This document shows positions 37,688 through 47,499 of a stretch of DNA of 64,000 bases, piece by piece. Under the pieces are notes generated by a model that saw only the letters and a program-made list of their open reading frames with translations, was not told where the DNA came from and did no database searches. Origin of the DNA: an uncultured Nitrososphaerota archaeon (lineage in GTDB: Archaea > Asgardarchaeota > Njordarchaeia > Njordarchaeales > Njordarchaeaceae); NCBI GenBank assembly GCA_964518475.1, contig CAZFGR010000005.1, forward strand, positions 1 to 64,000, in the 5' to 3' direction. Each line of letters begins with the position of its first letter. Within the stretch, counting starts at the first letter, position 1. Both the position numbers and the translations under genes were made by a program.

Positions 37688-37963
37688 TTATAATTTGTAT
37701 TTATCGAGGAGCTTCTTTATTTCTTTCAATGCCTCATACGCTCGCTCATCCTTTATTCCGCTTACGATTGTCTTCGCTAATACTTTATGAACATCGCTTA
37801 TTTCGGGAATCTTTATAGGTATTGATGCCAACCCTATTTTCTCAGCCATGCTTTTTACTAAGTCATTAAGGGTGAGTCCTGACTGCTTAATTATCTCAGC
37901 TATTACGTTCTCTAATACTTTCTTCGCCTCATTTATCTCTAATTTCTTCTTGAAAAGCCCCAT
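37688..37963 (-). CDS. Small basic helical hypothetical protein
   Basis: 91-aa ORF with SD AGGTG. Confidence 0.65.
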   Translation of the reverse strand: MGLFKKKLEINEAKKVLENVIAEIIKQSGLTLNDLVKSMAEKIGLASIPIKIPEISDVHKVLAKTIVSGIKDERAYEALKEIKKLLDKYKL

Positions 37964-38013
37964 ACAGACACCTTTTGCACTTGCTCATAGATAAGAATGG
38001 GGAAATATTTTTG

Positions 38014-40671
38014 TTATATCTTTTCCGCTTTAGCTAAGATCTCCGCTATGTTTCTTCCGGAGTATTTATAAGCTAGAACAGCAGCTAATACTAGAGGAAA
38101 CACGACAGTTATCAACAAAGTGCTTATGATCATGTCTTGTGGAATAATAAGTGGTACACTGATCTCACTTAACAAATTATTCGTCCAAATGATTTCTTCA
38201 GAAACGATTATTGCGCTTAATACTCCAGTAACGAAGCTAAGTAAGGAGACTAGAAAAATTTCAAATGAAAACATAAGAGAGACATCAATGCGAGAAGCTC
38301 CTATGGCTCTTAGAACGCCTAATTCCCACACTCTTTCATTAATAGAAGCAATTACACTTAGCCCCTCTCCCAATACAGAGACAATGACAGCGAAGAGAAG
38401 TAATGTAAATAAGACGCGTTCTAACTGTTCTAGACTTGTTCTTACTCTTTCCATATAGTCCTTAATTGATATAGTTTGTATATCGTATTCGCTTCCTATT
38501 TTTTCCTGAATGTCTTGTGTGATTTTCGATGGATCATAGCCAGGAGATACCTTAATGAGTATGCGAGAGAAGTTGGGGTCAGAATTCGTTATGTGTTCAT
38601 ACGCGTTAATAGAGACGAGTATATCTGTTCCCGTGGTAGCTTTGTTCTTGAACTTTGTGAAGACGAACCCAGGAGCTTTTGATAACACCCCAACAACTCT
38701 TAATACAAACGTGCGCTGCAGCAATTCTATTCTTATAGTATCTCCCACAGACACGCTAAGTAAGTCCGCCAATCCCTTACTAATTATCACGGAGTTGTTT
38801 TCTTCGAGCTTAGTGAAGACGCTTGGATCCAGACCAAAATCCTTTATGAACGCTACCCGTGTATAGTTTTCTGGTGCTATACCATATAATCTGCTATTAG
38901 CTCGCTTCCAAAAGATAAGATCTCCAACTTTTGTATTAAGGGAGGTAGTGACTGGACAAATATCAGCTATGCCATTTATATTTCTGAGAAGAGATGTTAT
39001 ATTTTGTGGGAGTGGTTCCTGACCATAAATAACTATCTCTGCACCAACCTGAATTTTCATTGAAAGTTCAATTGTCTTAATTTGGGTCTCTACTATTATA
39101 CCAACTATTAATAGTGCTGATACGGAAAGAGCTAACATAACGTATAGAATGACATAACGTTGCTTGTATCTCAGAATATTGCCTCGCGCCACATCTGCTA
39201 GGATCTTTCGTAGAGGAATAAATAGTGCACCGACACTTTTAGCAAACTTGGAAAAAGCGCCTGCAAAAATAAGAATAATCCCGATAAGCATTATCATAAG
39301 CACTACAAAAAGGGCCAAGAAAGTTATTCCAGGATTATCAAGAATACTAAGAGTGGGTAAAAGCCCCGTAAAGAGGAAAGCTGTTAGGGATATTCCCACT
39401 CCAATCGAGATGTATTCCCTATTTAGTGCTTCGGGAGAAATTCTCCTCAGAATCTCCTCCAGATACTTAACTCTTCGAGCCGCTGGTTGTAATACTTCAG
39501 CAGGGGTCATCCTACTAGCCTTTATCCCCGGATACAGACTTCCAAAACCCGTTATTGCAGTGCCCATAATTATAGCTTCTAGAACTGTTGTTGGAGTTAT
39601 TACAAACTGATAAACGAGATTGGGTTCTCGTACGAATATTTTGAATAAACAATATGCTATAACTGAGCCAATAATAAGACCGAGCAAGGACGCTATTAAA
39701 CCGATAAACATAGCTTCTAAAAGAATAGATAAGAATATGCTTGTTTTGGTGGCACCCATAGCGCGGAGGATACCAATTTCACGAATTCTCTCGTTTATAT
39801 TCATGGTAGTTGATAGAACTATGAGAATTATCGCCATCAGGATAGTTACTGATGAAAAAGTATAAAGCACGGTCTTTTGGGCAGAGAGATTTTCTGAAAC
39901 CAGCAATAGTATTGATGCTTTTATTGGATTCACTGTATAGTCAAAACCTAGTACTTCTTGTATCTTTTCACACATTCTTACGATATTGTCGACACTCTTA
40001 TCTGGGTTTAATGGATCTATTAATTCTTGATCAAGTTTTATGAAAACAATATTTGCTGAATCATTTAGGGAAAGGAGCCTTTGAGTATCACTAATATCTA
40101 CAAAGATTGCACTCTTCATATCAATTGGAAGTTTACCATACTGATTCACTATACCCGAAACAGTTAGAGTTGCGTTCTGTACACCTTTTATTGACAAATA
40201 ATATACGACGATTTTATCCCCCACACTAATACCGAGAAAATCACTAACACTTTTGAGTACTAAGCATCTATTATCGCCAAGAGCTAATTCACCAGAGATC
40301 ATATCGAAACGACCAATACGGGAGTCCTGAGTCAAATTAATACCAATCACAGCAGCCCTTAGGGTCTTATTATTTGCCGATAAGAGACTACCAAAAACAA
40401 GTCTAATGCTAAAAGACGATACCTCATCTATCAGGGATAGTTCCTGAGAAACATTAGTTGCGTTGAAGAAAGGGGAACCTTTAGACTTGTAAACGAGTAC
40501 GTCAAAGTCCCCTAGGTACTCTGTGAAGGCTTTATAGGATGAGTACATTATTGCGTTATTAGCAATATTCAGAGCGGTGAAGAGAGAAACTGCTATAAGC
40601 ACAGCAGAAATCGCGATAAGAGTCCTCGTTTTGCGTCTAGATAGGTTCCTGTACGCTAGCTTAAACATCAT
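38014..40671 (-). CDS. MacB/FtsX-type ABC transporter permease (duplicated)
   Basis: LAYRNLSRRKTRT, two copies of ER..E(I/L)G.LRA.GA, two large extracellular MacB-like domains; start moved to MMFKL. Confidence 0.93.
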   Translation of the reverse strand: MMFKLAYRNLSRRKTRTLIAISAVLIAVSLFTALNIANNAIMYSSYKAFTEYLGDFDVLVYKSKGSPFFNATNVSQELSLIDEVSSFSIRLVFGSLLSANNKTLRAAVIGINLTQDSRIGRFDMISGELALGDNRCLVLKSVSDFLGISVGDKIVVYYLSIKGVQNATLTVSGIVNQYGKLPIDMKSAIFVDISDTQRLLSLNDSANIVFIKLDQELIDPLNPDKSVDNIVRMCEKIQEVLGFDYTVNPIKASILLLVSENLSAQKTVLYTFSSVTILMAIILIVLSTTMNINERIREIGILRAMGATKTSIFLSILLEAMFIGLIASLLGLIIGSVIAYCLFKIFVREPNLVYQFVITPTTVLEAIIMGTAITGFGSLYPGIKASRMTPAEVLQPAARRVKYLEEILRRISPEALNREYISIGVGISLTAFLFTGLLPTLSILDNPGITFLALFVVLMIMLIGIILIFAGAFSKFAKSVGALFIPLRKILADVARGNILRYKQRYVILYVMLALSVSALLIVGIIVETQIKTIELSMKIQVGAEIVIYGQEPLPQNITSLLRNINGIADICPVTTSLNTKVGDLIFWKRANSRLYGIAPENYTRVAFIKDFGLDPSVFTKLEENNSVIISKGLADLLSVSVGDTIRIELLQRTFVLRVVGVLSKAPGFVFTKFKNKATTGTDILVSINAYEHITNSDPNFSRILIKVSPGYDPSKITQDIQEKIGSEYDIQTISIKDYMERVRTSLEQLERVLFTLLLFAVIVSVLGEGLSVIASINERVWELGVLRAIGASRIDVSLMFSFEIFLVSLLSFVTGVLSAIIVSEEIIWTNNLLSEISVPLIIPQDMIISTLLITVVFPLVLAAVLAYKYSGRNIAEILAKAEKI

Positions 40672-40700
40672 TATGATCCCAGATATTAATGATGTAACTT

Positions 40701-40722
40701 TTTTATTACACATGTAATAAAA
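40701..40722. promoter_or_regulatory. 10-2-10 perfect inverted repeat between the divergent ABC permease and ATPase genes
   Basis: TTTTATTACA-ca-TGTAATAAAA. Confidence 0.5.
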
Positions 40723-40753
40723 CTTTTTAAAGTGTCGGTTCTCTGAAAAAGCA

Positions 40754-41452
40754 GTGGTGTCAAATGTGGATATAGTAATAGAAGCAGTGGATCTCCATAA
40801 AGTGTACCACCTAGGAAAAATAGAGATTCATGCTCTTAGAGGAGTATCTATGAAGGTTTATCGAAACGAACTATTATGCATAATGGGGCCTAGCGGAAGT
40901 GGAAAAACAACTCTTCTAAACATAATTGGAACACTCGACAAACCTACGCGAGGAAAAGTTTTCTTAGATGGTGTAGAAATAACTTCTTTAAGCGAAAAAG
41001 AATTAACAAAAATTCGAAGAAATAAGATTGGCTTTATTTTCCAGTTTCATAATCTAATACCCGTATTGACGGCTCTTGAGAATGTTGAGTTACCAATGAT
41101 TTTAGCTGGAGTACCGAGGGAAGAGAGGATTAAGCGAGTGAAATTTTTGCTAAAACTAGTGGGTCTAGAAGATAGAATGAACCATAGACCTCATGAATTA
41201 AGTGGAGGAGAACAACAAAGAGTAGCCATAGCGAGAGCCCTTGCCAACAATCCAAGTATTATCCTAGCAGATGAACCTACAGGGGAGCTTGATACGGAAA
41301 ATAGTGAAAAAGTAATGAAAATATTTAAAGACGTAATTAAAGAAGAAGGAGCTACGGCGATAGTAGTGACTCATAATCTCCTTCTTAAAAAATATGCCGA
41401 TAGAATTCTTCATTTGAGAGACGGCAGAATTGTAAAAGAAGAGAAGCTATGA
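40754..41452 (+). CDS. LolD/MacB-type ABC transporter ATP-binding protein
   Basis: GPSGSGKTT, IGFIFQFHNL, LSGGEQQRVAIARAL, ILADEPTG, VVTHN. Confidence 0.96.
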   Translation: MVSNVDIVIEAVDLHKVYHLGKIEIHALRGVSMKVYRNELLCIMGPSGSGKTTLLNIIGTLDKPTRGKVFLDGVEITSLSEKELTKIRRNKIGFIFQFHNLIPVLTALENVELPMILAGVPREERIKRVKFLLKLVGLEDRMNHRPHELSGGEQQRVAIARALANNPSIILADEPTGELDTENSEKVMKIFKDVIKEEGATAIVVTHNLLLKKYADRILHLRDGRIVKEEKL

Positions 41453-41595
41453 TAGTTACAACAAGTGTAATTGCCAAGTTGATAAAAAATACTTGCTTCG
41501 TTTGGCTTTGTTTCAAATTTATCTCTTTTCTCAGCCTAGTTCTTGCCAGTCAATCTTTTGGTCTAAGTAAGTAAACGAAAATACCTATACATGTT

Positions 41596-41617
41596 GGATA
41601 ACACGTAACTTTATATA
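41596..41617 (+). promoter_or_regulatory. GGATAACACGTA motif + TATA box upstream of longin gene 2
   Basis: GGATAACACGTA-ac-TTTATATA. Confidence 0.45.
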
Positions 41618-41699
41618 GAGTGAAGAGAAGTAAAAATGCATAATTAATTGAGTCTTTAGAGTAGTCTTCTCAAAAGGTGATGTATAGAGGTTCCTAACT

Positions 41700-42434
41700 A
41701 TGAAGATATACGCGGTAGTTATTCTTCATGAATCTGGAATAGCAATTTACAGAAAATTTATTGAGTGGGAAGAGAGACCCATCGAGCCTCTTTTGGCAGC
41801 TATTATTGGGTTAGCGAGGGAGATAGGTGTGGGAAGTATTTCCCATGTTAGTTTCGAAGATGTTTACTTGATAGTTCTTAGGGGCATCAAGAATAAATCA
41901 TTGTTGCTTAGTTTTTTCGTTGATAAAGTTGATCACGAAGCCTATATCAAAGGTCTATATCTTTTAGCAAAAATTGAAAAGAGGATAGATATAGGGGAGG
42001 GGATTATAACAGATGACATTATGGACGCTGTAAAAGATGTTGCGGAGGATATGTTGGGAAAACTGGATAAAATACCTGATTTTCTTGGTGAAGTTTTCAA
42101 TAGGATCGCTCAAAAATACGCCCCACCATTCATGACTTCATTAGAGCTTGTTCTATTCAAACAATTTGGAGAAGATCCCTTACTGGTTCTTTTCAAAACT
42201 CCGAAGAAATTTCTAAATACCCTAGTTAAATTTCTGGGGGAGGAAGCGGCTTATCAATTCTTGGTAAGTATTTTAAGAGAGATAACAACGATGTACGGGA
42301 TTCAAATAGATTCTGAAAAAGAAGCTAAAATTCTGCTTCATGAAATTAGATTTAAGGAAATTGAGAAAGCACGAGAACTCTTTAGAACTCTCATAGAAAG
42401 AATAATCGATAAGATGCTTGCCCAGGTATCTTGA
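41700..42434 (+). CDS. Longin-like domain + C-terminal DUF3227-like helical domain
   Basis: MKIYAVVILHESGIAIY..LLAAIIGLAREI..ISHVSFEDVYLIVL; C-terminal LELVLFKQFGEDPL..PKKFLNTLVKFLGEEAA. Confidence 0.65.
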   Translation: MKIYAVVILHESGIAIYRKFIEWEERPIEPLLAAIIGLAREIGVGSISHVSFEDVYLIVLRGIKNKSLLLSFFVDKVDHEAYIKGLYLLAKIEKRIDIGEGIITDDIMDAVKDVAEDMLGKLDKIPDFLGEVFNRIAQKYAPPFMTSLELVLFKQFGEDPLLVLFKTPKKFLNTLVKFLGEEAAYQFLVSILREITTMYGIQIDSEKEAKILLHEIRFKEIEKARELFRTLIERIIDKMLAQVS

Positions 42435-42652
42435 CTAACCGGGCTAAAATTGTAAATAAAATTTTTGAGTGTAAAAGTTTCTAAACATTGTGCTGGATAA
42501 GTAAAAAATTTATAATTGTGAAATATAACTAATGTGCTGTTACTATTTTTCCATGCGTTCAGTATGGTATAGAATTGAAACTAAATTCGTATAATTTTTA
42601 TATAGGATTTTACTCTCTATTATTCTATTATTTAATAAATGAGCTTTGAGGC

Positions 42653-43030
42653 TTGATTGAGTTGGCTAAAAAAAGATTCAAAAGGATCTTCGAGCTCCGA
42701 AGACCAATGAAAAATATTACTGTAAAAGTGCGAGTAATGGAAAAAAGAGGAGATAATGAAGTCTTTTCAAAGATAACAGGCAAGTTTCATAGATTTACGG
42801 AATATATCGTTGGTGATGACACTGGTTTAATTCCTCTAGTACTGTGGGAGGATAATGAGAACGAAATTAGAGTAGGTCTGACATATAGATTAGTAGGTGT
42901 TGATGTAAAAATTTTCAATGACGCGCCCCGGATCATTGTTAAACGAGATACTATAATAGAGGAAAGCGAAAGTATCGACGAATCTATGATCAATATAGGC
43001 ATATCATCTAGTGAAAAGAAAAAGCGTTAA
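42653..43030 (+). CDS. Single OB-fold ssDNA-binding protein (SSB/RPA-like)
   Basis: IFELRRPMKNITVKVRVMEK, IVGDDTGLIPLVLWED, IRVG.TY. Confidence 0.85.
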   Translation: MIELAKKRFKRIFELRRPMKNITVKVRVMEKRGDNEVFSKITGKFHRFTEYIVGDDTGLIPLVLWEDNENEIRVGLTYRLVGVDVKIFNDAPRIIVKRDTIIEESESIDESMINIGISSSEKKKR

Positions 43031-43117
43031 AAAAAGACGTCCTAACTAACGTAGAGAGATAATGCTGTGTTCCCGAGAATATTGTTAAAAAAGCAAAGTA
43101 TTCTCACTAATAATGTG

Positions 43118-43169
43118 TGGATGATGATGAATCCTACTGAACAATAATGAAGAAAGAGTCACGGTCTGA
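43118..43169 (+). ncRNA. C/D-box sRNA
   Basis: tggATGATGA-tgaatccta-CTGA(43137-40)-acaata-ATGAAGA(43147-53)-aagagtcacggt-CTGA(43166-69), between convergent genes. Confidence 0.75.
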
Positions 43170-43181
43170 CAAAACATAATC

Positions 43182-43496
43182 CTAGCTCTCAATTGCGTAA
43201 GCACTAATTAATCTGTTTCTCTCAACACTTTTCTTAATGATTTTTCTAAGTTTCTCTAATAATTCGCTTCGTGATCCTCTAGGGTCTTCACCCAAACTCT
43301 TTAAGGTTACTTTAAGGATATCATTTAAAGAAGGATTTTCTATGATTGCTTCTAAGTCCTTAATAAAGTCGTTGAGGGATATATAACCTAACATTCTGCT
43401 GGCAATTTCTAATTCTGGATAGCGCATTATTAATCTTTTTAATGCTTTCTCGGTTTCTCTACTAGCGATCATCTGTCTAGTTTTTTCTCTGTGCAT
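43182..43496 (-). CDS. Hypothetical helical protein
   Basis: 104-aa ORF; the C-terminus (LKVTLKSLGEDPRGSRSELLEKL) loosely resembles a SAP-type helix-loop-helix. Confidence 0.5.
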   Translation of the reverse strand: MHREKTRQMIASRETEKALKRLIMRYPELEIASRMLGYISLNDFIKDLEAIIENPSLNDILKVTLKSLGEDPRGSRSELLEKLRKIIKKSVERNRLISAYAIES

Positions 43497-43645
43497 AAAC
43501 TCTACACATCAAAATCAATCTCTCCTAAATACACATTTTTAGTTTCATTTCTATTTTTAATTTTTTGGAACATTACTTGTATGTAAAAACAACGATAGCC
43601 ATATTGGTTAAAAATTGTTTTTCTATCCATATTATTGGGATTACT

Positions 43646-44380
43646 ATGTCTTCTGATGATACCTGGAAAAGTATTAAGGATAGAGTTAAAGGGCTTGATG
43701 ACGAGACCAAGAAGCAGATCAGAAAGATTTCGAGAATAGTCCATCAGGTTTTGGCTAGGAGAAAATCAGATAGAGTGCCCGAGGGACTAGAACTCATCGA
43801 GTTAGCGACCCTATTTTTTACTGGATATGGAGGCTTATTTCTAAAGGCTCTTAAGCTTGGAAAATTCACGGCTAGAGAACTGAGCATTTTTTCTCACATA
43901 CCGATACCAATGGTTAGAAAATGGATTTTCATCGGGATAGACTTGGGAATTATTAGAGAAACAATAGATGCTCGGGGAATTAGGTATTTTTCCATAAATC
44001 GAGCTGACATAGGAATTGTTGGCTCAAAACTGATAACAATATTACAAAGAATAACGGGTACGAGGGAGTTTTCTCTAGGAGAACCCTTTAAAAATTTTGA
44101 TGAAGCTGTGAGATTTGTTGGTGATTTTTTATCCCTCTTTACGATGATTGGGGAAAAGATTAAAGATGTTTTCATAAGGGAAACAATAGATCTAGAGGAA
44201 GGATATAATGTTGTCTCCAGTCAACTTATTTTTAAGAGATGGTTAGAGAAGGCAAAAAGCTATAAAATCGTTATTGAAGTGGGTAATAAATGCTTGATTA
44301 ATAAGCAGGGGATTTCTGAAATGCTTGGTAAGTTATGGAGCTTCTTTAAGATGTTTGAGACGAATGAAAATGTCGCATAA
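43646..44380 (+). CDS. Hypothetical protein with winged-helix DNA-binding-like domain(s)
   Basis: FTARELSIFSHIPIPMVRKWI..GIDLGIIRE..RGIRYFSIN wHTH pattern; start set at MSSDD. Confidence 0.65.
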   Translation: MSSDDTWKSIKDRVKGLDDETKKQIRKISRIVHQVLARRKSDRVPEGLELIELATLFFTGYGGLFLKALKLGKFTARELSIFSHIPIPMVRKWIFIGIDLGIIRETIDARGIRYFSINRADIGIVGSKLITILQRITGTREFSLGEPFKNFDEAVRFVGDFLSLFTMIGEKIKDVFIRETIDLEEGYNVVSSQLIFKRWLEKAKSYKIVIEVGNKCLINKQGISEMLGKLWSFFKMFETNENVA

Positions 44381-45054
44381 TGTAAGCTATGATTGGTGAT
44401 ATGAAGGCATAAGAAAGAGCAAAGATCCATATAATTTGTACCAGTAAATTCCTTATGTCTCCTGAGAAGATACGAAAAATATGAATAGCTAGAGGCATAG
44501 CTAGTAGTATTGTCACGAGAATAGTGGTTCTTTCTCTCTTGATTTTCGCGGATGGGTAAATTACTGGACTTATCATTAAGATAGCGGTGAACAAGATTAT
44601 TGTTAGGCTTATCATAGAGCTTGATAATAGAGTTACTGTAGAGGATACTAATATAGCGGCGGCTGGTATGGGAAGACCTTCGAAGAAAAGTTTGGTATCA
44701 TAGATATTGAAGCGTGCTAATCTAAGAGCACCACATAGTATATATTATTGCTACACTAATCGCGAACAGAGAACTATTGGTGGAAAGGAGCATTGCAGAA
44801 GGGGCAACTCCGAAGGATACTATGTCCGCGAGCGAATCTAATTCTCTACCGATCGGATTTTCCTGCTTAGTTACTCTAGCAACAAGTCCGTCGAAGAAAT
44901 CAGCTATAGTTGCGAGGGTTATAAAGAAGAAACTGGTTAAAAATTTTGAGTTGATTATTGCCTTTAGAGCGAGCATACCTAATGATAAGTTTATTAATGT
45001 GACTAGATTAGGTAGATTGAAAAGGATTCGGACTCCGCCTCTTGTTTGGGTCAT
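44346..45054 (-). pseudogene. pssA: CDP-alcohol phosphatidyltransferase (PssA/archaetidylserine synthase-like), frameshifted
   Basis: The upstream frame has PNLVT, DFFDGLVAR..G.ELDSLADIVSFGVAP. A different frame continues YILCGALRLARFN..FFEGLPIPAAA..LMIS. The shift lies at about 44736-44747. Confidence 0.85.
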
Positions 45055-45129
45055 TGACTTTCTCCTTGGTTAAAATTTCGAAAATGCCCTAAAAAGTTTA
45101 GGTAATTAGATAAATGGTAGTGATTACTT

Positions 45130-45894
45130 GTGAGTGTTGAGGTAATAATTATCGGAGATGAAGTTCTATTAGGAATAGTAAAGGAAGAAAATGCTAATTA
45201 CATAATTGAAGAGGTGACTAAGAGAGGCTTTCGAGTAAGACGAGTTTTCATAATCGGAGATAATATTAATGAGATAAAGGAATCGATACAAGCTTCTCTA
45301 AGAAGAGGTACAAATCTAATAATAACAACGGGAGGCCTAGGGCCTACCGAAGATGATTTGACGTTAGACGCTATTTCTGAGGCCTTAAATATTGAACTGA
45401 AACTTGATCAGGAGTGCGTAGAAAAGATTAAGAAAGCGTATAAGGGCGAAATCCCGGAAGGAGCTCTAAAAATGGCTAGAAGACTAGAGGGGGCAAAGAT
45501 CTATGAGAGCCCCCTAGGATTGGCCCCAGCACAGTTATTGAATCTAGGTAGATCTTTAATTCTAGTCCTACCAGGTCCGCCAAGGGAAGTTCGATCTCTA
45601 TTACCCAGAATCCTAGATGATATTGCTGATATTTTTGGTAAGAGAGCAAAGTGTGGTTCTCGGTTCTATGTTGAGGCTAGGGAAGCTGAGATCATGGATA
45701 TCTTGGCGGAAATAATAAAGAAGTATGACGTTTATGCCAAAGCAATTGTGGGAGAATGTGTAAAGGGAAAATTACCAGTAGAAATCGTTGTTTTTGATAA
45801 AGATGAAGAAAAGTGTAGGAGAAGATTATCCATAGCCAAGAATTATTTCTGTGAAAAGGTGCGAGAAAAACTGGGTAAGGGTTGCATTGATTAA
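45130..45894 (+). CDS. CinA-like molybdopterin-binding-domain protein
   Basis: IIIGDEVLLG..N, IGD, ITTGGLGPTEDDLT, LPGPPREV. Confidence 0.9.
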   Translation: MSVEVIIIGDEVLLGIVKEENANYIIEEVTKRGFRVRRVFIIGDNINEIKESIQASLRRGTNLIITTGGLGPTEDDLTLDAISEALNIELKLDQECVEKIKKAYKGEIPEGALKMARRLEGAKIYESPLGLAPAQLLNLGRSLILVLPGPPREVRSLLPRILDDIADIFGKRAKCGSRFYVEAREAEIMDILAEIIKKYDVYAKAIVGECVKGKLPVEIVVFDKDEEKCRRRLSIAKNYFCEKVREKLGKGCID

Positions 45895-45904
45895 ACCTCT
45901 TTTA

Positions 45905-46867
45905 TTATGAAGAGGTTTCGAGAAGCAACCGAATGCGCTTTGGAGTGAGGGGATGCGTGGAGAACAGCTCCGCTAGTTTTTCTCCTAGAGTTATTCTTTT
46001 TCTAGCAAGACTCATCACGTATTCATCGATGTTGCTATAATAGGGGATTTCTGGCATTCTCTCGGGATCTGTAATCATTAGAGCCTTAAACGCTAACATG
46101 TTTTTGTACGCAGTTCTCTGTGTACGGAATATTCTTGTATTGGTTAACTCAAGTTTAGCTAAGGCTCTTGCTAGATTTATTGATCCGTTTTCGACTATTT
46201 TTGCTGAGTGAAGATCCGCGAAGTGTTCTCTTGTTCTACTGACCCATAGCATGAATAGTGACAATATGTAATACATAATCATTGAGAATCCAGCTATGGC
46301 CAGTAAAACAGCTGATGAGCTAGCTCTCTCCTCGCTTCCTCCGCTTCCAAATAATCCAGAATAATATGCCCATCGTGCGATCAAGTAAAAGAGAGCTGGA
46401 AGTACAGAGAGAGCCATCATAACCTCTACGTCGCGATGCTTGATATGTCCTAATTCGTGCCCGAGAACCGCTTTAATTTCTTCTGGAGTTAAAATCCTTA
46501 GAAGACCCGTAGTTACAGCAACTTTCTTCCCAGTGAAAGCATTGCCGAAAGCGAATGCATTAGCCATTTCTATTGGAGCGATATAAACTTCAAGCTTCTT
46601 TTTTAACCCACTTTTAATAGAAAGTTCTGTAACTATATCGTCTAACCAAGCATGCTCAGTATTCTTTACTGGTCTTAATCCATACATGAAACGAATGAGT
46701 GAAGGAGCGATTAACCATTGAAGAATAATCATTATTATCGCAATAATGAATGCTGATATAAGAGATAATCCACCAATTAGATTAGCTAGGAGGAAAATTC
46801 CTAACCCCGTCAAGGCTATTGTCAATGCGAGAGAAGTTATCATGGAGAATAATAATCTGCGAACCAT
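45905..46867 (-). CDS. htpX: HtpX (M48) membrane zinc metalloprotease
   Basis: NAFAFG, VAVTTGLL, AVLGHELGHIKHRD, SRTREHFAD, LFSTHP. Confidence 0.95.
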   Translation of the reverse strand: MVRRLLFSMITSLALTIALTGLGIFLLANLIGGLSLISAFIIAIIMIILQWLIAPSLIRFMYGLRPVKNTEHAWLDDIVTELSIKSGLKKKLEVYIAPIEMANAFAFGNAFTGKKVAVTTGLLRILTPEEIKAVLGHELGHIKHRDVEVMMALSVLPALFYLIARWAYYSGLFGSGGSEERASSSAVLLAIAGFSMIMYYILSLFMLWVSRTREHFADLHSAKIVENGSINLARALAKLELTNTRIFRTQRTAYKNMLAFKALMITDPERMPEIPYYSNIDEYVMSLARKRITLGEKLAELFSTHPLTPKRIRLLLETSS

Positions 46868-46877
46868 ATTATCAACC

Positions 46878-47492
46878 CTAATAATGTTCTCTAGAGTATA
46901 AGTAATAGTTGATGACAGATGCGATAAACTTTATCATCTCCTTTAACACATAGTAGAGCACTATAACCGTTATATAGACCAGGGGATTCCAAAACTGGCT
47001 AGTAATTAGTAAGCCTCTCAATAATAGTAATAGGAAGGCTATTTCTAGTAGTAATGATAGCGGGTAGAGAAAAGGGTATCGAAGCCTAATGGCGTAAAGA
47101 AATTCCTCCGAGACCTTGTTCTCTTCGAAGAGAGTAATATATTTCTGAATAGCCTCGGGAGAGATACTATTGGGTGTGATGACAATTATTTCCTCCGCCT
47201 CGGTATTTTTCCCTCTGATTTTCCTGATGCTCCTTATTAGGAATAAATCAGCTAGTAATAGTAGAGCGAGAATTATTAGGGCAAATATAGCGAGTGCTGA
47301 GATTATTAACCATAAGTGTATTATCAATAGTGTAACTAAACTAATAAACGCCATGATTAACAAGGTAACTCGAATATAATAATCTAAGAACGTGATGTTA
47401 AAGACTGAGCCCGTTCTCTTTTCTATTACCCAGAATCTATTGAAAGGTATATCATATTCAACAATATGATAACTGTTCTTCATTCTGATCAA
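46878..47492 (-). CDS. Hypothetical membrane protein (about 4 TM)
   Basis: Four hydrophobic segments; lies between fen and htpX on the same strand. Confidence 0.7.
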   Translation of the reverse strand: MIRMKNSYHIVEYDIPFNRFWVIEKRTGSVFNITFLDYYIRVTLLIMAFISLVTLLIIHLWLIISALAIFALIILALLLLADLFLIRSIRKIRGKNTEAEEIIVITPNSISPEAIQKYITLFEENKVSEEFLYAIRLRYPFLYPLSLLLEIAFLLLLLRGLLITSQFWNPLVYITVIVLYYVLKEMIKFIASVINYYLYSREHY

Positions 47493-47499
47493 CCATTAA

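Noticed and set aside
37688-37963. Small ORF as a fourth member of the nurA-herA operon
   Set aside because: Separated by 107 nt that contain a separate TATA-like element for nurA; membership is unsupported without comparative data.
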